Of a stretch of 64,000 nt of DNA, positions 33,559 through 45,900 are shown piece after piece. Under the pieces are notes generated by a model. It was given only the letters and a program-made list of their open reading frames with translations, was not told where the DNA came from and did not search any database. Positions within the stretch are counted from its first letter, which is position 1. Every line of letters begins with the position of its first letter. Position numbers and translations under genes: made by a program. The DNA is from Macrostomum hystrix (taxonomy: Eukaryota > Animalia > Platyhelminthes), in contig CATNEN010000002.1 of assembly GCA_950097015.1 (NCBI GenBank), forward strand, positions 3,596,001 to 3,660,000, given 5' to 3'.

Positions 33559-34875
33559 ATGAAGCTGCTACTGCTTACCCTGTTGGCACTGAGCGCGGCT
33601 GCCGGGAACCACGCGGGCCGCACCGATGTCATTGTTAGGACAGAGGAAGCTGACCTGGACGCCTTGTCTGTTCCCTTCAACCGGGATCTGGAGATTGCCA
33701 AGGCTTCACTCGAGGCCGTGAAGGAGTTTGTCGAGCTCTTCAATTCCGATCTTTTTGAAAAGTCTGGCGTCAAGGAAATAGCCGAGGTTGTTTCGAAGGT
33801 GTTCACCTTTATCACCTCCATCATCGACCTCATCCAGGGTGTCCAGGGTGGAGAGTCGGCCGAGATGAAGTTCCTTCGCGAGCAGTTCGCCCAGGTGCAT
33901 GCCAAGCTCGACAGCATTGCTCTGCAGCTCGATGACGTGAAGAGGCTGATCGAGTGGCGAACCACTCGAGTGATTTACGCCAACTACGAGACCTTCATCA
34001 TCGCCGCGAGCTCCATCCTCAACAACTACGTGGCAGCGCCGGAGACCTCTCGGGAGGTGCTGAAGCGTCAGTTCCTGGCTGCATTCCAGCACAACCCTCT
34101 GGCTCCTCTGCACCTGTACCAAGCGATCGTTGAGAAGGACTTTGTGATCTCTGAGAACCTCGGTGCTGCAGTGGTTCACTACACCCAGAACCACAGGCGG
34201 CACACGATCAACTTCCTGCTGGCCATGCAGCGCCTGATTATGAGGGGTGCCCAGCTGGAGATCGCCTACGAGAAAATGGTTCACGGAGATGCTGCCGGAA
34301 ACGTAGCCAAGACCGTCTGGGACGGCCGCATGCAGAGGTTGCTCACGCGCATGCAGCAGCTGGAGGCCGATGTGAAGAACAAGTACCACACCCAGATGAG
34401 TTCCGACATTGATCGCGTCATCCTTGACAACAGGCACCTTAGCAACCAGGACTTCTCCGGTCATATGTACCGCTTCCTCGCTGATAAGTTCGACCATCGT
34501 TACTGGATCTCTCTGGCTTACCAGGATGTGAGCGGAGGCGACAGGCACTGGGTGTCCTACTGCGGCGGTGATATTCGCTTCAGGACCCACGGAAGCCGCA
34601 ATGTCGTTCTGGCCAGCGCTGACCCGAAGACAACTCGCTTCACCCAGGCTCGGGGCAACGCCGCTCTTGACGCCGCTCAGCGCGAGGGCTCTGGAGCCCA
34701 CGCCGAGTCGTGGACGAATCTGATTCGCTCCAAGATCGGCAACAGTTGCTCCGACGCCGCGTTCGTCGGCTCGATCTGCTGGGGCTGCAACGTGTGGTTC
34801 ACCATGCGCGGAGACCGCTACGTCTACAGGAAGATGAGCAACCGCGGCGACATCAACACCATCATCTTCGGTTAA
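33559..34875 (+). CDS. Secreted ~438-aa coiled-coil protein (paralog 3)
   Basis: ATG at 33559 (MKLLLLTLLALSAAAG signal peptide). Middle region near-identical to paralog 1. Confidence 0.9.
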   Translation: MKLLLLTLLALSAAAGNHAGRTDVIVRTEEADLDALSVPFNRDLEIAKASLEAVKEFVELFNSDLFEKSGVKEIAEVVSKVFTFITSIIDLIQGVQGGESAEMKFLREQFAQVHAKLDSIALQLDDVKRLIEWRTTRVIYANYETFIIAASSILNNYVAAPETSREVLKRQFLAAFQHNPLAPLHLYQAIVEKDFVISENLGAAVVHYTQNHRRHTINFLLAMQRLIMRGAQLEIAYEKMVHGDAAGNVAKTVWDGRMQRLLTRMQQLEADVKNKYHTQMSSDIDRVILDNRHLSNQDFSGHMYRFLADKFDHRYWISLAYQDVSGGDRHWVSYCGGDIRFRTHGSRNVVLASADPKTTRFTQARGNAALDAAQREGSGAHAESWTNLIRSKIGNSCSDAAFVGSICWGCNVWFTMRGDRYVYRKMSNRGDINTIIFG

Positions 34876-35459
34876 GCGGCAATAGCTTCTATTTTCATTG
34901 TGGTTGTGGATCTGGTTGGCATTGTTCGTGGTTCATAGATTTTCGCGTAAATAAAACCTTGCATTCACAGTAATGCCCTAGGTTAATTAAAGGCGTGCGC
35001 AATTAAAATGCCTTTTTTTGCTAATGCAGTATTCGTTTTTGATTGTGAATCAAGCTAGGCGCGGTATTTTAGTTTAGTTTTGACAACTTTTTTCTAACTG
35101 AACATTGATGGAGCTCGATACGGAGCAGTTTAACTTGATCAACCTGAGCAGTTTCAGCAGTGCCACACTTCAGGTGTTCTCATCAGAGGAAAATTTCTAA
35201 TGAAAATTATAGCATATTTTAAAACTAAAAAATCTGCTCCAAGACTGACGATTGGTAATAATTTTCCTTTCGTTTAGTCAGACACTGCTCTGTAGGGCCG
35301 TTATTCTTTCAGCTGCGTGAAATGTTTAACAATTCATGAAGCAATCTCAAGGAATTATCACCGACGATTATTCGCTGAATGCGTAGTCTTTACTTTTGGC
35401 ATTTCCATCAAAGTCAGCGATGGCTCGTACAATTATATTTAATATTTGACAATGTTACG

Positions 35460-35820
35460 TGAGAACCTTATAATTAATAAATTAATTATAAATTAGTTTA
35501 AATTATCATGGTGAATAATATTGTGAATAATTATTGTAATTATTATTTTTTTAATTTAATCCAATTTAAAAAATCTATAATTTCTAGAAGTATTCTAAAA
35601 AATGATTTAATTTTCTGTATTAATTTTTTCTATCGTTTTTTTCTATTATTTCTATTACTTTGAATTTATTTTTTAATATTTTATGATATCATAATAATAT
35701 AATATATAAAGATAATGATGATATTTTAATAAAAAAATAAATTGAATTACTGAATTAAGTATATTAACTTTTTTAATTATTACAAAATATCAATGAGCAT
35801 GTGTAATTATAATTAAGTTT
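35460..35820. repeat. AT-rich low-complexity tract
   Basis: Very high A/T content with no clear period. Confidence 0.6.
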
Positions 35821-35992
35821 CACGACAACTCGAGTCATGAAAACCGGAAGTTACCGGTTGACACGACAAGCTATACAAACAATAAATGAATCAATATAGT
35901 TACAAGACTGATAAGCTTAAATAGGAAACCCGCTGAGGAATACCAGGCAGGAAGCAGCGTCACTTTTTCTTCATTGCAGCATTCGCTAGCCG

Positions 35993-36115
35993 AGGGGGAG
36001 GTGAGTGGCAGAGCGGGCTAACGCGTTTGCCTCTCGCACCAAGGCCCCTGGGCTTGATTCGGCGGCGTGGTCACATTCATGGGGGTCTTGTGCAATTTTC
36101 GCCCACAGCCCTGCT
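35993..36115 (+). mobile_element. SINE family 1, 5' part
   Basis: ggtgagtggcagagcgggctaacgcgtttgcctctcgcaccaagg head. Confidence 0.7.
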
Positions 36116-36914
36116 GAAATAGTAATTATTATTGTTGTTGTTTGCTAGCGTAGCTGCTGGAGAATCAGGCGTCGATCATGTTGGCCTCGAGGGCCATCGG
36201 TCCGCAGGATAAGCCTCAGGGCACCAGAAAGAGCACCAGACCACTGAGGTAGATAATATGCTGACCGTGCAAAAATTCGGTTGACTGACCGTCAGCGCCT
36301 CGGCAGAGGATGACGGCCTCTGTTGCCCGGCCCACAGAGCACACCGGTCTTTTGCGCGTTCTGATCACCAACCTGATGTGCAAGTGTGCCCAGCTTTGCC
36401 TTGGACGCGCGCCCAAAAACGGTGACATATTTTTGCACAACTATAATAAAGGCAAAAAGATTTAGTCCGATCAATATGAGACAGAGCAGTTGATGCAGCG
36501 CAAAGAAGGTGGGTCATATATTTTTCATGATCAGTGTATTTTGCTTATTTTGCGAGTCGCTAATCCACTATCGCCAAGAATAGCTAAGATTATTTCGCGA
36601 GCTGGTAAGAATACAGTTAGACGTCGCACTTATCAAAAGCTCAGCAGTTTGAGAGATGAGATTGTGCACCTGTTCGGACGGTGTCATTTTAATTGGCGTG
36701 CTGTGTCCAAAAGTTCTACTCGTATGATTAGACAAGCTTGTATGTCCTTTGGATTTTTGTTCTGTCCTTAGATGACTTTCGATAGGTAGTTACCAGTGAT
36801 CGCAGTAACATGCTGTTGGAATATTTTGATACGTACTGCGTGCACATTGCGTACCATTAGAATCAGTCCCACAATGTCTAAGATATTTAAACTGTACAAG
36901 AGCGGACAAAGGCT

Positions 36915-39900
36915 TTATTCAACTGGTGGCAGAGTTGGACCACGCTGTCCGCGCCTTGGACGGTTAAGCTTCGGTCGCGTCTCGTCTAGAACGTCGGCCT
37001 TGTCGCCGGGTGGCTTCGACCGTGCCGGCGCTCCGACTGTTGCTGCTTCACTAGGAGATTGGATGACTGGGGGACCTGGATTCAACAAGGGATCGCGAGA
37101 GGTGAGGTGAGAGGTCCACGTCTATTCGGTAAAATTAATTTTTAGAAATTCGACGCTCTAATATTGAGTGTATTTGAGTGTAATATTGATTTTTAATCAG
37201 ACCTGCTTGTGGGGTGACTCCCGACTGCTCAAGTCTCTCCAGCAGCGCAGCCGGAGTGTCATCTGAAGTCGGAGGCGGCGTTGGCAGATCGTCAACCGAA
37301 CTGACACCGGCTAGGAGAGCATCGTCCAGCGGCAGATGGATGCTCTCCTCTGACATTTGCGACACGATTTCGGCGTCATCCGAATCGTCATCTTGAGATT
37401 TCTGAATTATTAATGTGAAAAAAAACAGAACAGTGCGGACGTTAGAGTGGTCGCTATGGTCAATAAGCTTCACTCGTCGCTATGACCAATGTATCCATTA
37501 GTTTAGGGGGTCGGTAGCGGAGCGTTTGAATTTCGCACAAAGGTCCCTGAGCTCGATTCCGCGAGGCCAAATTTATTCGGGGCGCTTGGGGAGAAGGCTT
37601 GGGGGGCTTGTCGTGCAATTTACGAGATTGAGGGCCAACCTCCAAGGCACAGTGAGAGTGTACACTGCCTGACGACGAAAAATTCTGGGTAGATGTACAC
37701 ACCTGTGTGAGCGTGTGCGTGCGTACAGTATCTGAGTGCGGGTGCGGGTCCACTGTCTCCAAATGATGTACCATCGCCCGCAGCCCTACTGTAATTATTT
37801 TTATTATTAACCATTGGTTTCGCTGACTCCTGTGACTTCATCCTCGACTGTCGTTTCTCTTCTAAACTTGTAGGCGGCCGCGAAGCCTGTTGCGTTTGAA
37901 TTTCTTTCTCTGCAGACTCCGCGGTTGTCATGTGAGCTGTCTCCAAGGCCACAGAGGCTTCTGTGGTCGATGACAGCTCAGTCTCAGCGATGACAGCTGT
38001 TGGCTTTGAACCAGTGTCTCCAGAATCACCCGCGCCCTTGCTGCTTGATCGTCGCGTTGGCTTTGAACGCATCAAATTGGTGAGAGCTGATGTCGGTCGT
38101 TCCTTGCTCACGGCCTGAAAACAAAGGTTGCGTTTTTAGGGATTGTTTTAGGAAGAATAGTTCCAATCTCTATTGAGCACTACACATATACGAACGTACC
38201 TGGATGACAGTCTTGAGCAGCTTCGGTGTCGGCTCCCTCTCCTTGATGACCTCCTCGACGGGGACGCTCTTCTTCTCGGTCTTGGTCGCCTTGCCCTTCG
38301 TCAAAGTCTTCTTCGCTCGCTTCCTCAGCAGCGCGTAGGCCTGCGGATAGTCCTGCATGGCCTCTTCAAAGTCCGCCTTTGACAGCGTGAACAGCGTCGC
38401 GAAGCCCTTGGACCGGACGTCCGCCGTTCTACGGTTCCCACCGGAGAGGCTCATGAGTGAGATCTCGCCGAACACCGAGCCCTCCTTCAGTGTGACGAAC
38501 ACGATGCTGTTGTTTGGGCCGCCAACCACCTCCACCTGGCCGTTCATGATGATGTACATCTCCATGCCGACCTCGCCCTGAAATTAGTGGGCATTTAGTT
38601 TGCTTTAAGAATAGTTAGACGTTAACAGTAGGACTGCAAATTATTTTGCCGCCCAATTTTATACCGTTGGGAGAGAATTTCTTCCCCCCCCCAGAAAATA
38701 TTTTGCCAGCGCCTAATTAACAACGTTTGGTGGTGACTGATTGGTTGACAAGACTAGACGATGGTGTACTGTGGTTGAGCTGCACTTAATATTTTGGCTT
38801 GATCAGTGAAATTGGAGAAATTCGCGTCCATAGTGGCCTAGTTCCACCTGCTGTAGCCCTTGAAGGTCCAGCAGTCCGTCTAGATAAAGGTTGATGACCA
38901 CAGAAGATGGAGATGATGAAGGCATATTCGGGTGACATGCTGACAAATTTTAAAGGACTTGCAAGGCCGCACTGAGGCACAGTGCTAATTCGTGAATAGG
39001 GGAATATGAAACACACCAGCGCATATGGTAAAAATCTGACCTTCGGCCAGAACCGTTGCATATCTCGACAGTCTAAAGAGCTGGCGACTTGATTATTATT
39101 TCAGAAGATGCGCAACAAAAAGTTGGCCCGTGTTCTTGAGTTTCGTGTGCGTGCGTTGCTCTGTTTGGGTGCAGCAAAAATAACTGCCCCCCTTTGTTGT
39201 TCTAATTGTTCTACTGTTAAAAAGCTACCGTTTCGATAGTTTATTTACCGTAACTTTGTAAGGTAAGATTACACACCTTTCTACAGATGTAATCACCAGG
39301 TAAGTAGAGCACAGGCTTCAGCTTCAATATGAGGTCCGAGAGCAAAGCTCGTTCACAGTCCTGCATGACAATAGGGCTTGCTTGCTTAAGATACTTCGTA
39401 GCTTAAAGATTGATAATATGGCTTAGCAACAACAGCGATAATAATATTATTATTAATAATGATAATTCGTCCGCCGTTCTATTAATAGGGAGCCTAGTCG
39501 TTAGTGCGTCAGACTCACGACTTGAACGTCGGGGGTTCGATTCCAGACTCCATTGGGACAATTTTGTGTCCTTTAGAAAGACACTTAACTCTGCGTTGCT
39601 TCAGTTCACCCAGCTGTTAAATGGGCACCAACATCAGCTGGGATAATTGAAGGTGGGTGTGGCGTCCCCACAGGACTGAACAGCCTTCAGATGCGCCGCG
39701 CAATAGCTGCGGCTGTGCTGTCGGCTGCACATCTGGCTTAATCGGGGCAGGTTTAATGAATAATAATCAAAAAAATTATTACATAATAATAGCGAGTGGG
39801 GACAATTTGACGCGTGAAAATTCCTCTGAACCTGGACCGCAAACACGAAGTCGTAAATTGGCTCTAATATCCTCACCTTGGGTGCTGGCCCTCACGGCAA

Positions 39901-42900
39901 CCCCCCAAGCCTTCTCTCCGCGGCTGCGCCCCAAGTGAATGTGGCTTCACCGCGGAATCGAGCTCACGGACCTCTCGAAGGGCGAGAGGCAAACGAGTCA
40001 GCCGCTCAATCACGCAGACACAGGCTTGCACGTTGTCAAGTTCGAGCTGGCTCACGAGATTCTAATTTCAAGAATTAGGAGCAAATAAGGTAGGAAGGAG
40101 TAAAAGAAAGTTACCTGAAACAATGACACCTTGCTGAGAATGGCGAAGTGCACACTGATAGCTAGATCTGTCTTAAGCTTCTTTGGCAGGCCTTCGAGAA
40201 GACTGTTCTCGTCTGTGTTTGGCGATGTTTGCGTATTGTTAGGTAATGTGACACTGCATTATGGGATTTACAAAGCAGTCTTACAGTTATTCCATTGGGC
40301 CAGGATAAACATGTTTTCTAGCTACAATATACTGTATTTATTAAATACTTTTGTCTACTAATACATAGCCTCTAATCTACATAGCCTCTAATCTACATAG
40401 CCTCTAATCTACCCAGTCTCTAATCTACATAGCCTCTAATCTACCCAGTCTCTAATCTACATAGCCTCTAATCTACCCAGTCTCTAATCTACATAGCCTC
40501 TAATCTACATAGCCTCTAATCTACCCAGTCTCTAATCTACATAGCCTCTAATCTACCCAGTCTCTAATCTACCCAGTCTGTAATCTACCCAGTCTCTAAT
40601 CTACCCAGTCTGTAATCTACCCAGTCTGTAATGTACCCAGTCTGTAATGTACCCAGTCTGTAATCTACCCAGTCTGTAATCTACCCAGTCTGTAATCTAC
40701 CCAGTCTGTAATGTACCCAGTCTGTAATCTACCCAGTCTGTAATCTACCCAGTCTGTAATCTACCCAGTCTGTAATGTACCCAGTCTCTAACCAATAATT
40801 TCAGGCATACCTAGAGTTTTCTGCTGTTCCCAGTTGTAGTCAAACCAGGTTCGAACCTTATCCAGCATATAATCTGGCACATTGAGGCTTTTCATGTACC
40901 AGGTGGTGATGTCCATTGTACTCCTGTAATTAGTCTTGTTGGCACTAGCAGCTTGAACAATTTCGCCAATCTGAAATACGATAAAATATTAAGAAATTAA
41001 TTGGTTTTTTGAAAAAAAACATTACCCTGACAATGCCGCAGTTTCACCTGTCCAATTAGCAACGCGAACACAAATATCCCAGACAGCCAGTAGCACGTCA
41101 TGAACAGGTGCTCAATGTAGTTTGTCGGCTGCGGATTGTTCCCAATGTTCGTGGCAAGAGAAGTTGCAAAGTAGAAGCAGTATACATACCTGCAGTTGTA
41201 TTGCGATATTCTATCACTTTTTCTTCACGTGATCTGTCACTCATGTGGCTAATTATCACTTGCTAGTTGATGTAATACAAACCAACAGGCGAACTGGCCT
41301 GCAAATTATCTGTCACATTGACAGCAAATCTTCATAGACATTGACAGACAAATTAAATTGACAGACACTTTGACAGACACATTGACAGACACATTTGCAG
41401 ACAAAAAACACAAATTGACAGACACTTTGACAGAAAAATTGACAGGCAAATGACAGACAGCATTGACAGACAAATTGAGAGACACATTGACATACACATT
41501 GACAGACACATTGACAGACACATTGACAGACACTTTGACAGACACATTGACAGACACATTGACAGACACATTGACAGACACATTGACAGACACATTGACA
41601 GACACTTTGACAGACACATTGACACACACATTGACAGACACATTGACATACACATTGACACACACATTGACATACACATTGACAGACACATTGACAGACA
41701 CATTGACAGACACATTGACAGACACTTTGACAGACACATTGACAGACACATTGACAGACACATTGACAGACAAATTGACAGACACTTTGACAGACACATT
41801 GACAGACACATTGACAGACACATTGACAGACACATTGACAGACACATTGACAGACACTTTGACAGACACATTGACACACACATTGACAGACACATTGACA
41901 TACACATTGACACACACATTGACATACACATTGACAGACACATTGACAGACACATTGACAGACACATTGACAGACACTTTGACAGACACATTGACAGACA
42001 CATTGACAGACACATTGACAGACACATTGACAGACACATTGACAGACACTTTGACAGACACATTGACACACACATTGACAGACACATTGACATACAAATT
42101 GACAGACAAATTGACAGACATTTTGACAGACACATTGACAGACACATTGACAGACACATTGACAGACACATTGACAGACACATTGACAGACACTTTGACA
42201 GACACATTGACACACACATTGACAGACACATTGACATACACATTGACACACACATTGACATACACATTGACAGACACATTGACAGACACATTGACAGACA
42301 CATTGACAGACACTTTGACAGACACATTGACAGACACATTGACAGACACATTGACAGACACATTGACAGACACATTGACAGACACTTTGACAGACACATT
42401 GACAGACACATTGACAGACACATTGACAGACACTTTGACAGACACATTGACAGACACATTGACAGACACATTGACATACACATTGACATACACATTGACA
42501 GACACATTGACAGACACATTGACAGACATTTTGACAGAAACATTGACAGACACATTGACAGACACATTGACATACACATTGACAGACACATTAACAGACA
42601 CATTGACAGACACTTTGACAGACACATTGACAGACACATTGACAGACACATTGACAGACACATTGACAGACAAATTGACAGAAACATTGACAGGCTAATT
42701 GACAGACACTTTGACAGACACATTGACAGACACATTGACAGACACATTGACAGACACATTGACAGACACATTGACAGACACTTTGACAGACACATTGACA
42801 CACACATTGACAGACACATTGACATACACATTGACACACACATTGACATACACATTGACAGACAAATTGACAGACATTTTGACAGACACATTGACAGACA

Positions 42901-45900
42901 CATTGACAGACACATTGACAGACACATTGACAGACACTTTGACAGACACATTGACACACACATTGACAGACACATTGACAGACACATTGACAGACACATT
43001 GACAGACACTTTGACAGAAACATTGACATACACATTGACAGACAAATTGACAGACATTTTGACAGACACATTGACAGACACATTGACAGACACATTGACA
43101 GACATTTTGACAGAAACATTGACAGACACATTGACAGACACATTGACAGACACATTGACAGACATTTTGACAGAAACATTGACAGACACATTGACAGACA
43201 CATTGACAGACACATTGACAGACACATTGACAGACACTTTGACATACACATTGACAGACACATTGACATACACATTGACAGACACATTGACATACACATT
43301 GACAGACACATTGACAGACACATTGACAGACACATTGACAGACACATTGACAGACACATTGACAGACACATTGACAGACACATTGACAGACACATTGACA
43401 GACACATTGACAGACACATTGACAGACACATTGACAGACACTTTGACAGACACATTGACAGACACATTGACAGACACATTGACAGACACATTGACAGACA
43501 CATTGACAGACACATTGACAGACACATTGACAGACACATTGACAGACACATTGACAGACACATTGACAGACACTTTGACAGACACATTGACACACACATT
43601 GACAGACACATTGACAGACACATTGACAGACACATTGACAGACACTTTGACATACACATTGACAGACACATTGACACACACATTGACAGACACATTGACA
43701 TACACATTGACAGACACATTGACAGACACTTTGACAGACACATTGACACACACATTGACAGACACATTGACATACACATTGACACACACATTGACATACA
43801 CATTGACAGACACATTGACAGACACATTGACAGACACTTTGACAGACACTTTGACAGACACATTGACAGACACATTGACAGACACATTGACAGACACATT
43901 GACAGACACATTGACAGACACTTTGACAGACACATTGACACACACATTGACAGACACATTGACATACACATTGACAGACAAATTGACAGACATTTTGACA
44001 GACACATTGACAGACACATTGACAGACACATTGACAGACATTTTGACAGAAACATTGACAGACACATTGACAGACACATTGACAGACACATTGACAGACA
44101 TTTTGACAGAAACATTGACAGACACATTGACAGACACATTGACAGACACATTGACAGACACATTGACAGACACTTTGACAGACACATTGACACACACATT
44201 GACAGACACATTGACAGACACATTGACAGACACATTGACAGACACTTTGACATACACATTGACAGACACATTGACAGACACATTGACAGACATTTTGACA
44301 GAAACATTGACATACACATTGACAGACAAATTGACAGACATTTTGACAGACACATTGACAGACACATTGACAGACACATTGACAGACATTTTGACAGAAA
44401 CATTGACAGACACATTGACAGACACATTGACAGACACATTGACAGACATTTTGACAGAAACATTGACAGACACATTGACAGACACATTGACAGACACATT
44501 GACAGACACATTGACAGACACTTTGACAGACACATTGACACACACATTGACAGACACATTGACAGACACATTGACAGACACATTGACAGACACTTTGACA
44601 TACACATTGACAGACACATTGACATACACATTGACAGACACATTGACATACACATTGACAGACACATTGACAGACACATTGACAGACACTTTGACAGACA
44701 CATTGACAGACACATTGACAGACACATTGACAGACACATTGACAGACACATTGACAGACACATTGACAGACACATTGACAGACACATTGACAGACACATT
44801 GACAGACACTTTGACAGACACATTGACAGACACATTGACAGACACATTGACAGACACATTGACAGACACATTGACAGACACATTGACAGACACATTGACA
44901 GACACATTGACAGACACATTGACAGACACATTGACAGACACTTTGACAGACACATTGACACACACATTGACAGACACATTGACAGACACATTGACAGACA
45001 CATTGACAGACACTTTGACATACACATTGACAGACACATTGACATACACATTGACAGACACATTGACATACACATTGACAGACACATTGACAGACACATT
45101 GACAGACACTTTGACAGACACATTGACAGACACATTGACAGACACATTGACATACACATTGACATACACATTGACAGACACATTGACAGACACATTGACA
45201 GACAAATTGACAGACAAATTGACAGAAACATTTGCAGACAAAAAACAAAAATTGACAGACATTTTGACAGAAACATTGACAGGCTAATTGACAGACACAT
45301 TGACATACACATTGACACACAAATTGACAGACAAATTGACAGAAACATTTGGAGACAAAAAACAAAAGTTGACAGACATTTTGACAGAAACATTGACAGG
45401 CTAATTGACAGACACATTGACAGACAAATTGACAGACATTTTGACAGAAACATTGACAGGCTAATTGACAGACATTTTGACAGAAACATTGACAGACAAA
45501 TTGACAGACACATTGACAGACAAATTGACAGACATTTTGACAGAAACATTGACAGGCTAATTGACAACTACAAACTCTTAGAAAAGTATGAAATTTATAC
45601 GGTCAAAGACGCACTCACGCAGTAACATTGGTTGCCGGATCGTAAACCCAGGTGTTGGAGCCCAAGCCCTCCCACTTGGAAACCTGATAAAAAATGCACG
45701 CTTCCACGTGGATGATGAAGATCATGTACAATATGGTGCGCACAATCCGAATCACGTGACCATTCTTGGCCATTTTGTCCAGCATGTCGAACAATTGCCA
45801 GAAGGCCTGTAACTGCAGATTGGGGGAATGAAATGCTTAGATCCCATTTGCCTGCCCCAGTGTGCTTCATAACTAATTCTGCACTAGATTAAGTCGACAA

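Noticed and set aside
29464-34701. Long antisense ORFs 29464-30759, 31649-32320 and 33706-34701
   Set aside because: They are shadows of GC-rich, codon-biased genes on the opposite strand, with no signal peptide or recognisable motif.
41306-45625. ORFs of 300-1404 aa (MCLS, DRHI, TLTD, CQCV repeats)
   Set aside because: They are artefacts of a stop-free 12-bp satellite lying in a CNG intron.
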